The notes below the pieces were generated by a model. The model did not search any database, was not told the origin of the DNA, and saw only the letters and a list, made by a program, of their open reading frames with translations. Position numbers and translations under genes: made by a program. A stretch of DNA of 63,775 bases, filler included, from Conidiobolus incongruus B7586 (taxonomy: Eukaryota), in assembly GCA_000697335.1 (NCBI GenBank). It is 8 parts of 8 records of this genome, joined end to end, with 100 filler letters (N's around TTAATTAATTAA, not from the genome) between each part and the next. Parts side by side here need not be neighbours in the genome. Positions count along the whole stretch, not along the records: positions 51,166 to 57,626 come from JNEM01006119.1; positions 57,727 to 62,579 come from JNEM01006129.1; positions 62,680 to 63,775 come from JNEM01006159.1; 5 more parts are not named here. One strand, given 5' to 3'. Below are positions 51,231 to 63,775 of the stretch, piece by piece. Numbering within the stretch: position 1 is the stretch's first letter; each line of letters begins with the position of its first letter.

Positions 51231-53094
51231 TATCAATCATTAGTATTCACTTAAGTGAAAAATTAATCTTAAACAAAATAATATTCAATATACAAATTGA
51301 ATATTTTAAATAACATTAACTAATAATACATCTGTATATAATAAATAAAATTATTGTTACTTGTTAAACATTCAAATAATCCTCTTATAATAAAATAGAT
51401 ATTTATTATTGAATAATTGATTAATTATAAATATTTCAAATTATATGATTTTTTAAATTAAAATAGCTTAAGACACTTTATTGTGAATAAAAGAACACAA
51501 CATAATAGAAATATTTAATATTTCAACTATTTATAACATATCCCTAAGTCATTTATGAAACAAATATAAATGTGTTAAATATTTTCATTAATATAACACT
51601 CACACAATATATTTTGTAGATTTGTAAATTTGAAATATAATATTGAAGATATTGCAATTTGAAAAATTAATTAAATTGAACCAATTGTTTCAATTTCATA
51701 CTCATTATAACCATTAATCATAAAGAAAATTTTTATAAAAATATAGAATAATAAATATCGAAATAATTGCTAATATTGATATATTATTTGATTAATACTC
51801 AAATAATGAAATGAATATGAAAATGAAAAACTCTCGGATATTATAATTATAATATAATTTCGATAAGTATTATTTTTCATAAAGTAATTATTATATCTTA
51901 TTCATTAACTGGCTTTAATAATATAAAAATTATACATATATATGGCATTTTATGGATGGAATACTTTTTTGATTATAAAATTGCGGATTTGGATTGGGTT
52001 ATATTACATTGAGCTTTGCACCAGAAATTTAACTATTTATCAAAATGGTGTGTTATATATATTAACTGAGCAATTTAAGAAATATTGAAAATATAACGAT
52101 ATTTTCCTTTGATAGGATTTTTTTTTGTGAAAAGATATTATTTATATAATAATAATAACAATTTTATAGCTTTGAATGAAGTACTAGATATATTGATTAA
52201 CTAAATAAATAATATCATTTAATTAAGTATATAGAAGTATATTGGTTCCATCACTATAAGCGAAATTCAAGATAGTTTAATTATACCTATACATATTCAT
52301 TACTGGAATCATACTGATGTAAAATACCTTGAATTTATGAATCAATGTGTCTGAAAATGATGACTCAATTCAAAATGACTAAAAATGTAAAAATTATTTC
52401 GTTGTTTAATATACACAAAAAATAATAGTCAATTAATAATCAAAATAATAAAAATTCTGATTCGAAAATACAAATCCTTTGAAGATAGCAATTCAATTTT
52501 TGTATTATTAATAGGATCGAATTATTGATATTAAACACAATTCAATATACTGTTTGAATGTACTTTATAAATTAATTTATTTTACTCAATTCAATAAATC
52601 ATTATGAGTATGTGGTTTTAATCATTTCTTGAATAATCAATTAAATATATTATATTAGATAAAAGATGCTTTGAAATTAAATTTACTAAATTAGGTTATC
52701 AGAATTGGTATATTATAAACACAAGTGATTTCTTCAAATGAAATATACTAAGTCAAGCTATGCAAATTTATTCATGTTAGATTAATATTGAAATACAAAT
52801 TTTCCTGCAAATTTTATCAATTTTAATATTCAAACCTCAGAAAATCCTAATATCTAATTTTAAAGTACTTTTGAATATTGAATTTCAAGTCCCATAATAA
52901 TTGAAAGTCCAATAAATTTGATTGAAAGGAGTGAATTGAGGATAAAATCACATAATTATCAGCATCAAAAATATTGATTTTAGAATTTTATTTATAATAT
53001 CACTTTGTAAATTTATTTTCAGTAGTTTCATTAATTTTATTATAATATTAAATTTATATTTATTCACCTATAAATTTGATTTCAAAATTCAAAT

Positions 53095-55490
53095 ATGAAA
53101 ATTTTAATCAAAGGTAATTGTTAATAATTTAATTTGTATATTTAACTAATATCTTATTAGGTGGTATTTGGAAAAACACTGAGGATGAAATCCTCAAAGC
53201 TGCTGTTATGAAATATGGTAAAAATCAATGGGCTCGTATCTCTTCACTTTTGGTTAGAAAGAGTGCCAAGCAATGTAAAGCTCGTTGGTATGAATGGATT
53301 GATCCCAGTGTTCGTAAAACTGAATGGTCTAAAGAGGAAGATGAAAAACTCCTGCATTTGGCAAAAGTAATGCCCACTCAATGGAGAACAATTGCTCCAA
53401 TTGTTGGTAGAACTCCTGCTCAATGTTTAGAGCGCTATCAAAAGTTATTAGATGAAGCAGAAGCAGCTGAAAAGGCTGGTCAACTGGGATTATCATCTTA
53501 TTCAGCTGAATCTGGCCCTTCAGCAGACGATGTTCGACGTTTACGTCCAGGCGAAATTGACCCTGATCCTGAAACTAAACCCGCTCGTCCTGATCCTGTT
53601 GATATGGATGAAGATGAAAAAGAAATGTTATCAGAAGCTAGAGCTCGTTTAGCCAACACACAGGGTAAAAAAGCTAAAAGGAAAGCTAGAGAAAAACAAT
53701 TGGAAGAAGCCAGGCGTTTAGCAGCCTTACAAAAACGCAGAGAATTAAAAGCTGCCGGAATGGATGTTCGAGTTCATAAGAAAATAAAAGGGATGGATTA
53801 TAATGCTGACATTCCTTTAGAAAGAAAGCCAATTCCTGGTGTATATGATACCAAAGAAGAGCTCAGCAGACAACCAAAAACTATTCCATTCCGTAGAACA
53901 ACTGTACAGGAATTAGATGGTATAAAACCCAGAGAAAGAGAAGAAGAACTGAGAAAAAGAGATTTGAAGAATTCCAAGGAAAAGAAAGCCAATAATCTTT
54001 TAGCTCAAATCAACCAACTGGTTAACTTGAACAAATCATCTAGCAGTCGTAAATTAAATTTACCTGAACCACAAGTGGGTCAGGCAGAATTAGAAGATAT
54101 TGCTAAACTTGGACACCAAGCTAATGGTTTTGGTAATACTAATAATGAAATATCTGTGACAAGTGGCTTAATTGAGGATTATACCTCAATGACCCCCTCT
54201 CATGCAACTCCTCGCACTACCACACCTGCTGTTGATACTGTTCGTTTGGAAGCCCGCAATCTTTTAGCATTAAAGAACATTCAAACTCCTTTATTGGGCG
54301 AAGATGACTCCTCTCTTAACAACTTACACGCTGGAACTGGGTTTGAGGGTGCTACTCCCAGAAGCAATACATTAGTAACACCTAATCCATTACTCTCTCA
54401 AACTCCTGCTCATTCGGGATCATTTGTTACTCCCCGTGGCCCCAATCTCACTATTGGAGCCACCCCAAACGTTATTTCGCACCCTTTTTTGAGAGATGGT
54501 TTTGGAATTAATTCGGATATAGGTTTGGATATGGATGAAGCATCATATAAGGCATGGCGAGATGAGCTCAAGCGTAAAATGCAAAAGGGATTTCTTCAAT
54601 TGCCTACGCCATTGAATGACTTTGAAATTGTTTTGCCTGATGAAGAGCCTGCAGATAACTTAGATGAGACGACAAATTTACATGATGAATCAAATAGGCT
54701 AGAAGACGCCGCTGAAGAAGAGCTCAGATTAAAACGTGAACAAGAGCTTTACGAAGCTTCCAAGTGGAAGAGCCAAGTAACCAAGCAAAATTTGCCTCGT
54801 CCTTCGATCAATTTCAATCCTAGTCAAGTTCTTGAATTATTACAGATGGAAATCCAATCCGTTCCTCATGACTTGAAGAATGCACAGGATCTTATTAACA
54901 ATGAAATGATTAAGATTATTTCCCACGATGTCATTAGCAATAATAACATATCAGCATCAGATGACTCCATCAATCCAGATATTTTTGCCTATGCTGAGCT
55001 TGAACCTATCACTCAAGAATTTATTGAACAGGCACAAGCCTTAGTTAATAAGGAAATTGGCGATCAAAACACTTCTGACCACCCCAGTCTCCAAATTATT
55101 TCAGGTCATGCTATTCAAAACTCTGGAGACTTTTCTAAATTAAAGCAATGCACTCTTTTGAATATTGATTTGGAAGAAAAACTAGGAAGATTACATGGTC
55201 CATATATGGTAATTTTTACAATATTTTCTATTTAGTTGATTTTATTAATCATGATATAGGCGCATTCTAATGAATTATTAGAAAAGATATCATCTTTATA
55301 TGAGCAATTAGACGAAGCTAGAATTCAGCTTGATTCCGTCATGTTCCTTCAGCAACAAGAAGAAATTGGAGCTTTGCATCGAGTTCAACAATGGCAAGAG
55401 CTTTTAGAAAAAGAAAATCAAATATCAGCTCATCTCCAGCAACGCTACAAAGAGTTAACGTATCAAATGCAAACAAAATCTAACTCTTAA
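53095..55490 (+). CDS. CEF1: Pre-mRNA splicing factor Cef1/Cdc5; exons 53095-53113, 53161-55208, 55260-55490
   Basis: MKILIKG|GIWKNTEDEILKAAVMKYGKNQWARISSLL, two Myb repeats, DMDEDEKEMLSEARARLANTQGKKAKRKARE, QTPL. Confidence 0.97.
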
Positions 55491-57246
55491 ATATTATTAA
55501 TTGACATTTAAGATTCACTTTCACTGTTGTACCACTTTACTATCCATATATTTTCAGCCAATTAATAAATCATCAACCACCTTGTAATCTATATTTTCGC
55601 ATTTTAATTTTTTTAATTACTGGTTCAAGTTCATTTTTTAATCCAATAAATCCATATATATCATTGATAATGATCAAATTATAATAATATTAAAGTTGAT
55701 ATTGATATTAGAATAATATTAATATAAAAATATAGCCTAATATTTTCAGGATTAGAAACACATATATATGTAGTATTTATAAAATTAGGAATATTTAAAT
55801 CATAAGATAATGGCAGGTATCTTGTATTTAATATTCTACTTTTTAAATATATTATAATGATTAAATTTATATATTAACAAATGATTTTTTACTAGAAGAT
55901 AGAGTATTTTAGAAAATTTAATATGTGATATTTGATATAAAATTTTGAATAAAGTTATCAACATCAACTCTTTTATACCACAAAATTACAAAAATAAATT
56001 ATCTTGAGAATTGATTATATTTATAAATTATATGCAAATCAGTCAATGTTTCTATCTATTGGGTTTAGAGTTTTATGAATTTTATTTCATTCTATTTGAG
56101 TAATACTTATATCTTAATTATTAGTTACACCCAATTTATTAAAATCCATTAGTATCATTTCAGTCAAAAAATCAGCTAATGGAAATAGATGTCAGTGTTT
56201 TACAAAAATTTCAGTCAAGCACTGAAATATTAATTAACAAATACAGTAATTTTGTTATATTTGTTGAAATTAAATATGACTATAACTTTTTTCTAATACA
56301 TGTATTTTTTATATTTTAAAATTCTTATATCTATGATATGTCCATCTTATTTTCATGGTCGATATGGCAAATTAAAACCATTCATTATAATATTATAAAA
56401 TATCATTGTATTTATTAAATATCATACTGATTAAATAATATATATACATCTTATCTTCTATCATTGTTTCAATTTTAAAAAGTTAGTAAATCAATAAGTT
56501 TGACTTGTAAAATGTATAATTATGAGAATTGCGAAGTCGTGAAAAACTGGTTGGTATAGTATATATTTAATGATGTAGATTAGAAATAATCCTTTATACA
56601 AAGTGATTTTTAAAATCATTTAAATACCATTGATTATAATGTGATCCACTATTTTCATGATTACCAAATAATATTAATCAATGAATATAGAATATTATCA
56701 GAATATTTATTTATTAGTGTTAATAGCTGTGAATTAAGATCATAGATATCAAGCGAATGAATTAATGGTAATTACTATGTATATTTGAGCATTCTAATAA
56801 AAAATAATTTAAATAGAGCGGATATATAAGTGATTTTAGCAATATCAACGTTTTATCAATATACAATTATATATACTTGAGTATTTGAATGATAAATTTA
56901 GTGTTCAAATTTGAAAGTTGTTACACTAGTGATGAAAAACAAATTGTGTTTAGGATAGAATAGTTTAACATATTATGTGAAATTAGTTAGATAACTAAAT
57001 AATTGGAAATAAATGATTGGATAATCACTGAGGATATGTGAATAGAATAGTCAGGAAATAGCTAATTGTATGAAATAGTGTGAGTAAAAGAGAAAAGAGG
57101 GTGACTGAGTTTGAAGCGATTATAATACATTTATCAAGTTATTAAAAAAGGGTTCGGAGAATTAAAAATAAATAGTATGGCGCAATCGAAAATATATAAC
57201 AAAAGTTGAGGAAATGTGGATGATTTCAAATGGAAGCGTGACTTAA

Positions 57247-57626
57247 TTATATCTCGGGAAAGAGTTCTTGAGCAGCAAGCTTATACATGCATAGTCTTTG
57301 TGTACCATATGCCAGATAATCAAAATCAATGCTGGATTGGGAAGCTTGAATAATTCCCCATAGTCCCCATTTGAGATGGGAGGTAAGGGTAAATACTTTG
57401 ACTTCATTTAAAAGTTCATCAACTGAGTTGTCAAAGTCCAAGGGCTCAAACTCACCAGGTTGTTGATATTGTGTGCGGAGATATGATTGTAAAAAATTGA
57501 TTTGCTCAGGAATGGTAGGATAGTCTTCAGGATTCAGCTTGTGGGGAGAAGCTGAGTGGTAGTTAGCCATCCATTCACAGAAATGGTTGGCAATGTCAAA
57601 TCCACGATAGTTGTATCCTGAATATT
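57247..57626 (-). CDS. Choline/ethanolamine kinase C-terminal part, 5' truncated by spacer
   Basis: YSGYNYRGFDIANHFCEWMANY, YPTIPEQINFLQSYL, SHLKWGLWGIIQASQSSIDFDYLAYGTQRL. Confidence 0.9.
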
Positions 57627-59279
57627 NNNNNNNNNNNNNNNNNNNNNNNNNNNNNNNNNNNNNNNNNNNNTTAATTAATTAANNNNNNNNNNNNNNNNNN
57701 NNNNNNNNNNNNNNNNNNNNNNNNNNATAAAAGTTTTAAGATTATATAAATACCTGGAACACTGGTAACTTCCCAAGTTTTAACCATAGCCTAAAATATT
57801 AATCTGTAAGTGGTAAATAAGTAGTAATCAAATAAATTCTACCTGAGTTTCATGATTCCAAATATATACGTTACCGTCATAAAGTGAGGTAAGCACCCAA
57901 GGTTCTGTAGGATGAAGTTCTACACTTTTAACTCTATTGGAGCGATTTAAAAATTTACGCTAAATAATCAGATGAATGGATTGAATGGATTAATTCGATA
58001 TATAAAATTGAGAAAATACCTCAATATTTAAACGATTTGACTAAATATAGAATAGTTAATATATGAAAATGATCAAGTTTGCTACAATATTATTAATTAC
58101 CATTACAGATGAAGTAAAATTAGTTAATAATCAGACTAATCTAAAAATATTAATTTTATTAGTTAACTCTTCAAAAAAAAAGATGAAATAGGAAACAATA
58201 ATTTTCCAAATATTATATAGTTTAATAAATTAAACTACTGACCCTGGTTATATAAAAAATATAAAATAATAGTGAATAATAATGATTCAAAAGAAAATAA
58301 TGAATAATTTATAATTGATTACTAGTTGAATAGTCAGTCAATGATGACCAATGTTAATAGCATCAGTTTAAATTATAGATAAATTTCATTTTGTGGGATA
58401 ATTTTGTCAAAAATAATGATTTGATTTCATTCGAGTGACGTGGAAATTCATATCTGAACATCACTCTTACATTCTTTTTCACAATACAATGTATTCAAAG
58501 ATGATTGGCTGATTTTATTTGATTGAGTAATTATGTTATTGTAATTAATATGAATAATATTTTCTAGTTGAATCGTCAAATTCTGTATATCAAATTTCGA
58601 TATATAATTTGAATTTTATATAAATCAATAATCGAGGAATAAGAGAAATATATAGATATTTTGAAAATAGATAGTTTAGTTTTAATATCATCTGATTATA
58701 ATGAAAAATATTGACGGCAGCCGTTTATATTTTAGGATTTTTGCAATTTTGCCTTTAATTTTCACAAATTCAGATATCTATAAAAATATAATTTTGAAAA
58801 TACAAAAAAAATATTTAGAATATTATGAACTTAATGATATATATAATATTAAGTCTAATACATAAATTGTTTTGTAATTTGAAATGTTGTGTTTATTATA
58901 TAAAGATATCAACACATAATAATTTTTGATTATGGATATTAATTGCAATTTTACATTACCATATTATTGAAATAAATTTATATAATAAACAATACAATTT
59001 ATTTATAGCCAATCTAATGTGAAAACTTTAAATCATAATATGATTTTGTTGAAATCAGTGATTAGATGAATTTTAAAATCATTTGAGAGAACCAAAAGAT
59101 TTTTATATATTCGCGAACTTGATTTATTTTGAATTAATGTTTTTCATCTTAAGGAACTAAGTCCATTGCAGTGTTTATAAACCATCAAATCATTACTAAT
59201 ATTTATGATTATTTATATTTATTACTTGATTAATAATTGAATTATGTAATATTCTGTGAATTTTATTGTTCTCTTAACC

Positions 59280-59480
59280 AATAACCTCGCTTTTTTAATT
59301 GATATGCTACGATTGTTGATAATTTCAATATATCTAAATATAGGAAGTCTCTTGACACGAAAACAGTATAAATAAAGGTTTGTTTTCGCGTAATCGATGA
59401 CGAAAGTGAATTTTACATCACTCGCTACGCTATTTAACACTTTAACATCTTGTCCGTACTGGATTAAGTGTTACGTCATA
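59280..59480 (+). promoter_or_regulatory. CpG-rich putative promoter with SCB/MCB/E2F-like and CRE-like sites
   Basis: CACGAAA 59356-59362, TTTCGCGT 59384-59391, TTACGTCA 59471-59478; CpG cluster in CpG-poor surroundings, directly upstream of ORF 59520. Confidence 0.45.
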
Positions 59481-59519
59481 TCCATATTTAAGGTAGGCAA
59501 TCAATCCTGTTGACATTTT

Positions 59520-59954
59520 ATGCTATACACCATAAATCAAATCAAACGTCCTATGACAACGCCAAGAAGATTAAAGAGATCTTCCATCAGTTTTGAGGCT
59601 ATCCCCAATGAATCTCTCAAAATAACCAAGACCATCGCACTCCCATCTCCCAAGAGCTCCAGTGAAGACCTCAAGCTTGACATTAAAGCCAAACAAAAAA
59701 AAAGTGGGAGAAGTCACACAGTGTCATCGCCATTTGCTGAGAAGGTAAAATACCACCAGAAGATGGAAGAATATCATCGCCAATTAATCATTAAACTCAT
59801 GCAAGATCAATTGGTAGAGAGTGAAAAGAAACTGAATCAACAAGACAATCCCTGTATTAGAGAAATCAATTTAGATATTAAGAAATCTGTAAAAATTAAG
59901 AATAAGCTGGCCTGTTTTCGTAATAATATTCTAAAACCTTTAAAAATTTTTTAA
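59520..59954 (+). CDS. Hypothetical basic protein, 144 aa
   Basis: ATG-initiated intronless ORF with coding-like GC; S/T-P sites (TPRR, SPK, SPF) and a predicted helix; no family recognised. Confidence 0.6.
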   Translation: MLYTINQIKRPMTTPRRLKRSSISFEAIPNESLKITKTIALPSPKSSSEDLKLDIKAKQKKSGRSHTVSSPFAEKVKYHQKMEEYHRQLIIKLMQDQLVESEKKLNQQDNPCIREINLDIKKSVKIKNKLACFRNNILKPLKIF

Positions 59955-62679
59955 TAAATTGAATTAGTATATTATCTTTTATCAACATGATATGATTTAA
60001 AAATTTGATATTTTTATCATTTTTAGACATATAATAATTTTAATACATGAGTTTGATCACGTCTGAATTACCAATAATTTAATCAATGTTAATATTATTC
60101 ATTGAATATAAATGAATTCTAAAATATTAAACACTCAATCATTCATGTTATCAGAGTGTAAAATAAATATCCATTTTCTTTTTAAATTATTATATTTACA
60201 AAATCAAAACACCTTTTGAAGTCAATATAGTCTCAAATCATTATCTAATGATTGGAAAAATAAGAATAATATAAATCAATAAAACTTTTACAGCTATTAA
60301 TACTATACTATGAAAATATCTATCAAAATTGAAATCCTAAATTCAAAGTCAAGGATCAAAAATCTTTTATTAAAACCTCTTTGCAATTTTACCAACAGGC
60401 AAGATTCCAAAGTTTTTGCTATACTTTATATTATATATTAACATTCAACCTTTAATAAATTTCATTGTAATTTATTACTCATTTTCGTTATATATATATA
60501 TATACATTCCTTAGTATAGTTCATTTGGTTGTGATTAATTTACTTGGTTGTTTTTTCACTTCAAATTAACTCTTTTCTTTATATTTTGTTTAATCATTAA
60601 TTAACTAATTAATTATAAGGATGTTCTTATCAATTGCCTGCTATATTTGATATTTTTTACTAATCTAAACAGTACATAATCATTTAATACAACTAATTTA
60701 CACTTACTTATATTATAAACTATTTCCTATCTTAATAATAAAAGTTCCTTTTTATTATAACTATTGCCCTCTTTATAAGTTTATTATTATAGTTTATCCT
60801 AAAAATATGCATTATATCAAATATATAGAATAATATCATTTTTTATAGTAATAAATTTTTATCAGGATTTAAAATTACTTGTTGGATCAAAAGGTTTTAA
60901 TAAAGCAAGGGATTATTTAAAATAGGCTTTATATTATTGCTTAATCATTAAAATCAGATAAGAAATAAAAATTCAAAATTATAAAATGGATTTGAAATAC
61001 AATGCATTAATAAACTAAATCTTTGTAAAAATTTAACAATATCTTTTTCCTTTTGATTCATAGGCAAAGATAGCTAATATGGACTTTAATTGATTAACTT
61101 ACCTGAATTATAAATTTTAATTACTTTAATCCACAATAATTACCATTTTGATAATAATATCTAAAGTTTTTCTGAAAGTGATACTAAGTTTATTAATCCT
61201 ATTACAGGATATTCTTAATAATATTAATTTATTTCACTATTCTAAAAATCTAATTATTTTATAAATAAATACACTAAACTAAGGATTGAATATTTAAATT
61301 AAGTTTGAATGAAATAATAGTATTTGACTTAGTGCATTGGAAATTAAATAAGAATTTAATATGACATAATTGTTATATATATTTTAGATTCTGAATTTCA
61401 ATCAATTTCTATTTAATATTAAGTATAGTCTGGCAAATAATACAAAATAAATACCCGATATATTAACTTATATAAAAAGGCCTTTATTATAACATAGTTA
61501 AGATATTATATACAATATTCTAAATTATTAAAATAAACTATTATTTCTAAAAATAATTGAAATGGAAAATGATATATTAACTTATAATATATCAAAATTT
61601 TATATAAGATCAAAACATTCTAGCTTTAGCTTTTTAATACCCAATAAAGATATATGATTATTCTAATTGAATATATTAGAATTATATCTCATAAATACCT
61701 TTAAATGATATTAAAAATTTTTTTTAAGTTTTGTATAAGTATATTTTCAAATAAATAATTTCAAAAATTAATAAACTAATTATTTTATTAATTAATATTA
61801 TTTGTAATCAATCAAACCTAATGACTAGTATATTCAATAAAAAACCATATTTTATTTTAACCTATTTGCCATATTCTCGTCATTTTAAGCTTTATGACTA
61901 AAATTATTTTATCTTTTAAAATCTTAAAATATATAATTTTTGGAAATTTTATTCAACTTAGTTTTAAAACTAATTCAAAAATTTTATTTAATTAATTATT
62001 ATATTTAATGTTTTAGATTAGAAAAATGACTAAAATTTAAAAAATAATCTCAAGAAATAATCAAAGCTTTAGATTTGTAATATGAAGTTGATAATAACAG
62101 TCAAAAGCTTAAATTATAATTAAAAGAAATATATCAATTAAATATATAATTTCAATATTAATTATATTCAAATTAGTTTGAATAAATTATGATATATAAT
62201 TCAAAATAGTATGTCCTATAGAAAATATATAATAGTTATACTAATACCCTAATTATGCACCTATTGATAGTTAAACCAATGATCAATAAAATAATAATCT
62301 ATAATGGAGAAAAAAATCAAATTCGTCAATAAAATAAGAATAATTTAATTATATATAAACCTCAATGCAAACTTTGGATGTTTGACTTAGTTTCATTTTT
62401 AATATATTTAATTAAATTTAATTTGAAATATATTAAGTTATAAATACTTAGTTTAAAATACTTATTAACCGAATATTTGGACTTGTAATATTCTATATTG
62501 ATTAATATTATGGCATTTAATAAAGAATATTAATTTCTTATTTAGTTTAATAAATTTAATATCATATATATATATATATNNNNNNNNNNNNNNNNNNNNN
62601 NNNNNNNNNNNNNNNNNNNNNNNTTAATTAATTAANNNNNNNNNNNNNNNNNNNNNNNNNNNNNNNNNNNNNNNNNNNN

Positions 62680-63775
62680 ATAATAACCATCAAAAGTTTT
62701 TTATTTTAGTATTAGTAAAACTTAACCACAAACCCTTTAAAATCATTTAAAATTTATAAACAGCTTTTAGTAATCAAGTATTATTTAAATTAATAATTTA
62801 TTACTAAGTAAATTACTTTAAAGTTAAAAAAAACTACTTAAAACTTATTAAAATCTAATAAATTAATTTTAACTGTTATTTTTTTAATTATTAATAAAGT
62901 AATAAAAATATATTAAAAAATACCTTTTTATTTTAGTTAAAGAATTATTAAAATACTTTAATATTAATTACATAAGTATTTTATATATAATAAAGTTTAA
63001 ATTAAAATTAATTAATAAAAATATTAAATAAATACTTTATAATTTAACTAAAATTTAAAAAAAAGTTAAAGTAGTTATTATTAAATAAAACTTATTAAAA
63101 TATAACTAGAAACTAAAACTTTTATAATAAATTATTATAATTAATAAATTTTAAATTTTTTTGTATAATCTTCTATTAAAATATAAATTAAAGTGTTAAA
63201 TTAAGTTAAATCAACTTTTTTATAAATTCCTTTAAATAAACACTTTATTAATAAATAAATATTAATTATTATAATAAATTATAATAATATATACTATTCT
63301 TATTTAATTTTTAAAGGAAAATCTATTAATAATAAACTTTATATTTCTTTTTTAAATAAAAGTATTTCTAATTAGTATTCTTAATATAATTTAAAAAAAC
63401 TTATTATTTTATATGATAATTATAAAATACATAAATTTAAAGTTGTAAAAAACTTTTTAATTAAAAATAACTAGAAAAAACTATTATATCTAATATATTC
63501 TTTAGATTATAACCTATATAATTATAATTGTTTTAAGCAATTAAAAAACTAACTTATAAGAAAGAAAATTTCTACAGGAAAATTTAATTGGTTTGTGAAA
63601 CATCAAATTTTAATCTTTAATAAAAAGAATTATTTTTTAAGTGTTAAATCTTTGTTAAAAGTATAGCAAAAAGTTATTAGAAATAAAAGAAATTATTATT
63701 TTTACTTTTTATATATTAAAATGTTTACTTTTTTTCAATTGCAAAAAATTCCCATTATTTAAATTACAAAGTAAT
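62680..63775 (+). mobile_element. Near-complete mariner ghost (transposase and 3' TIR reaching the window end), extremely AT-shifted
   Basis: 5' part matches 36190-36345 (aaaacttaaccacaaaccctttaaaatcat); residual motifs IIIINKF*IF (IITIDE.WI), FLYDNYKIH (LHDN..H), LLYLIYSLDYNLYNYNCF (LPHPPYSPD.NPCDYDCF). Confidence 0.85.

Noticed and set aside
1..63775. tRNA, rRNA, CRISPR arrays, biosynthetic or functional gene cluster
   Set aside because: None recognised by eye; the genes are functionally unrelated housekeeping loci on separate contig pieces.

Overview
AT-rich eukaryotic (fungal) DNA with short GT-AG introns, mostly 47-65 nt. Gene content and composition suggest an early-diverging fungus, for example Entomophthoromycotina (inference only). 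The window is 8 contig pieces joined by seven artificial 100-nt spacers (N44-TTAATTAATTAA-N44). Host genes: BET/BDF1-like bromodomain protein (partial), TUP1, O-GlcNAc transferase, BORCS6-like, an HSF-domain factor, dolichol kinase (partial), CCT6, HUB1, MRPL46, GYP8/TBC1D20, EMC6, M24B Xaa-Pro peptidase (partial), CEF1, choline/ethanolamine kinase (partial) and one orphan. Decayed host genes: a Sec2/Rabin8-like pseudogene, a possible Rad26/ATRIP-like pseudogene and one unidentified relic. Main findings: (1) A full-length Tc1 (DD34E) transposon has an indel-free frame but 18 stops; at conserved motifs the damage is C>T/G>A, and no CpG was found. It is nested inside an even more mutated copy of itself, and several DD34D mariner ghosts show a graded series of the same damage. 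This looks like a RIP-like repeat-hypermutation system. (2) A recurrent CCCATAAT motif lies about 80-205 bp upstream of six housekeeping genes. (3) The CCT6 start codon is split by an intron. All alignments and translations were done by eye and no database search was run.
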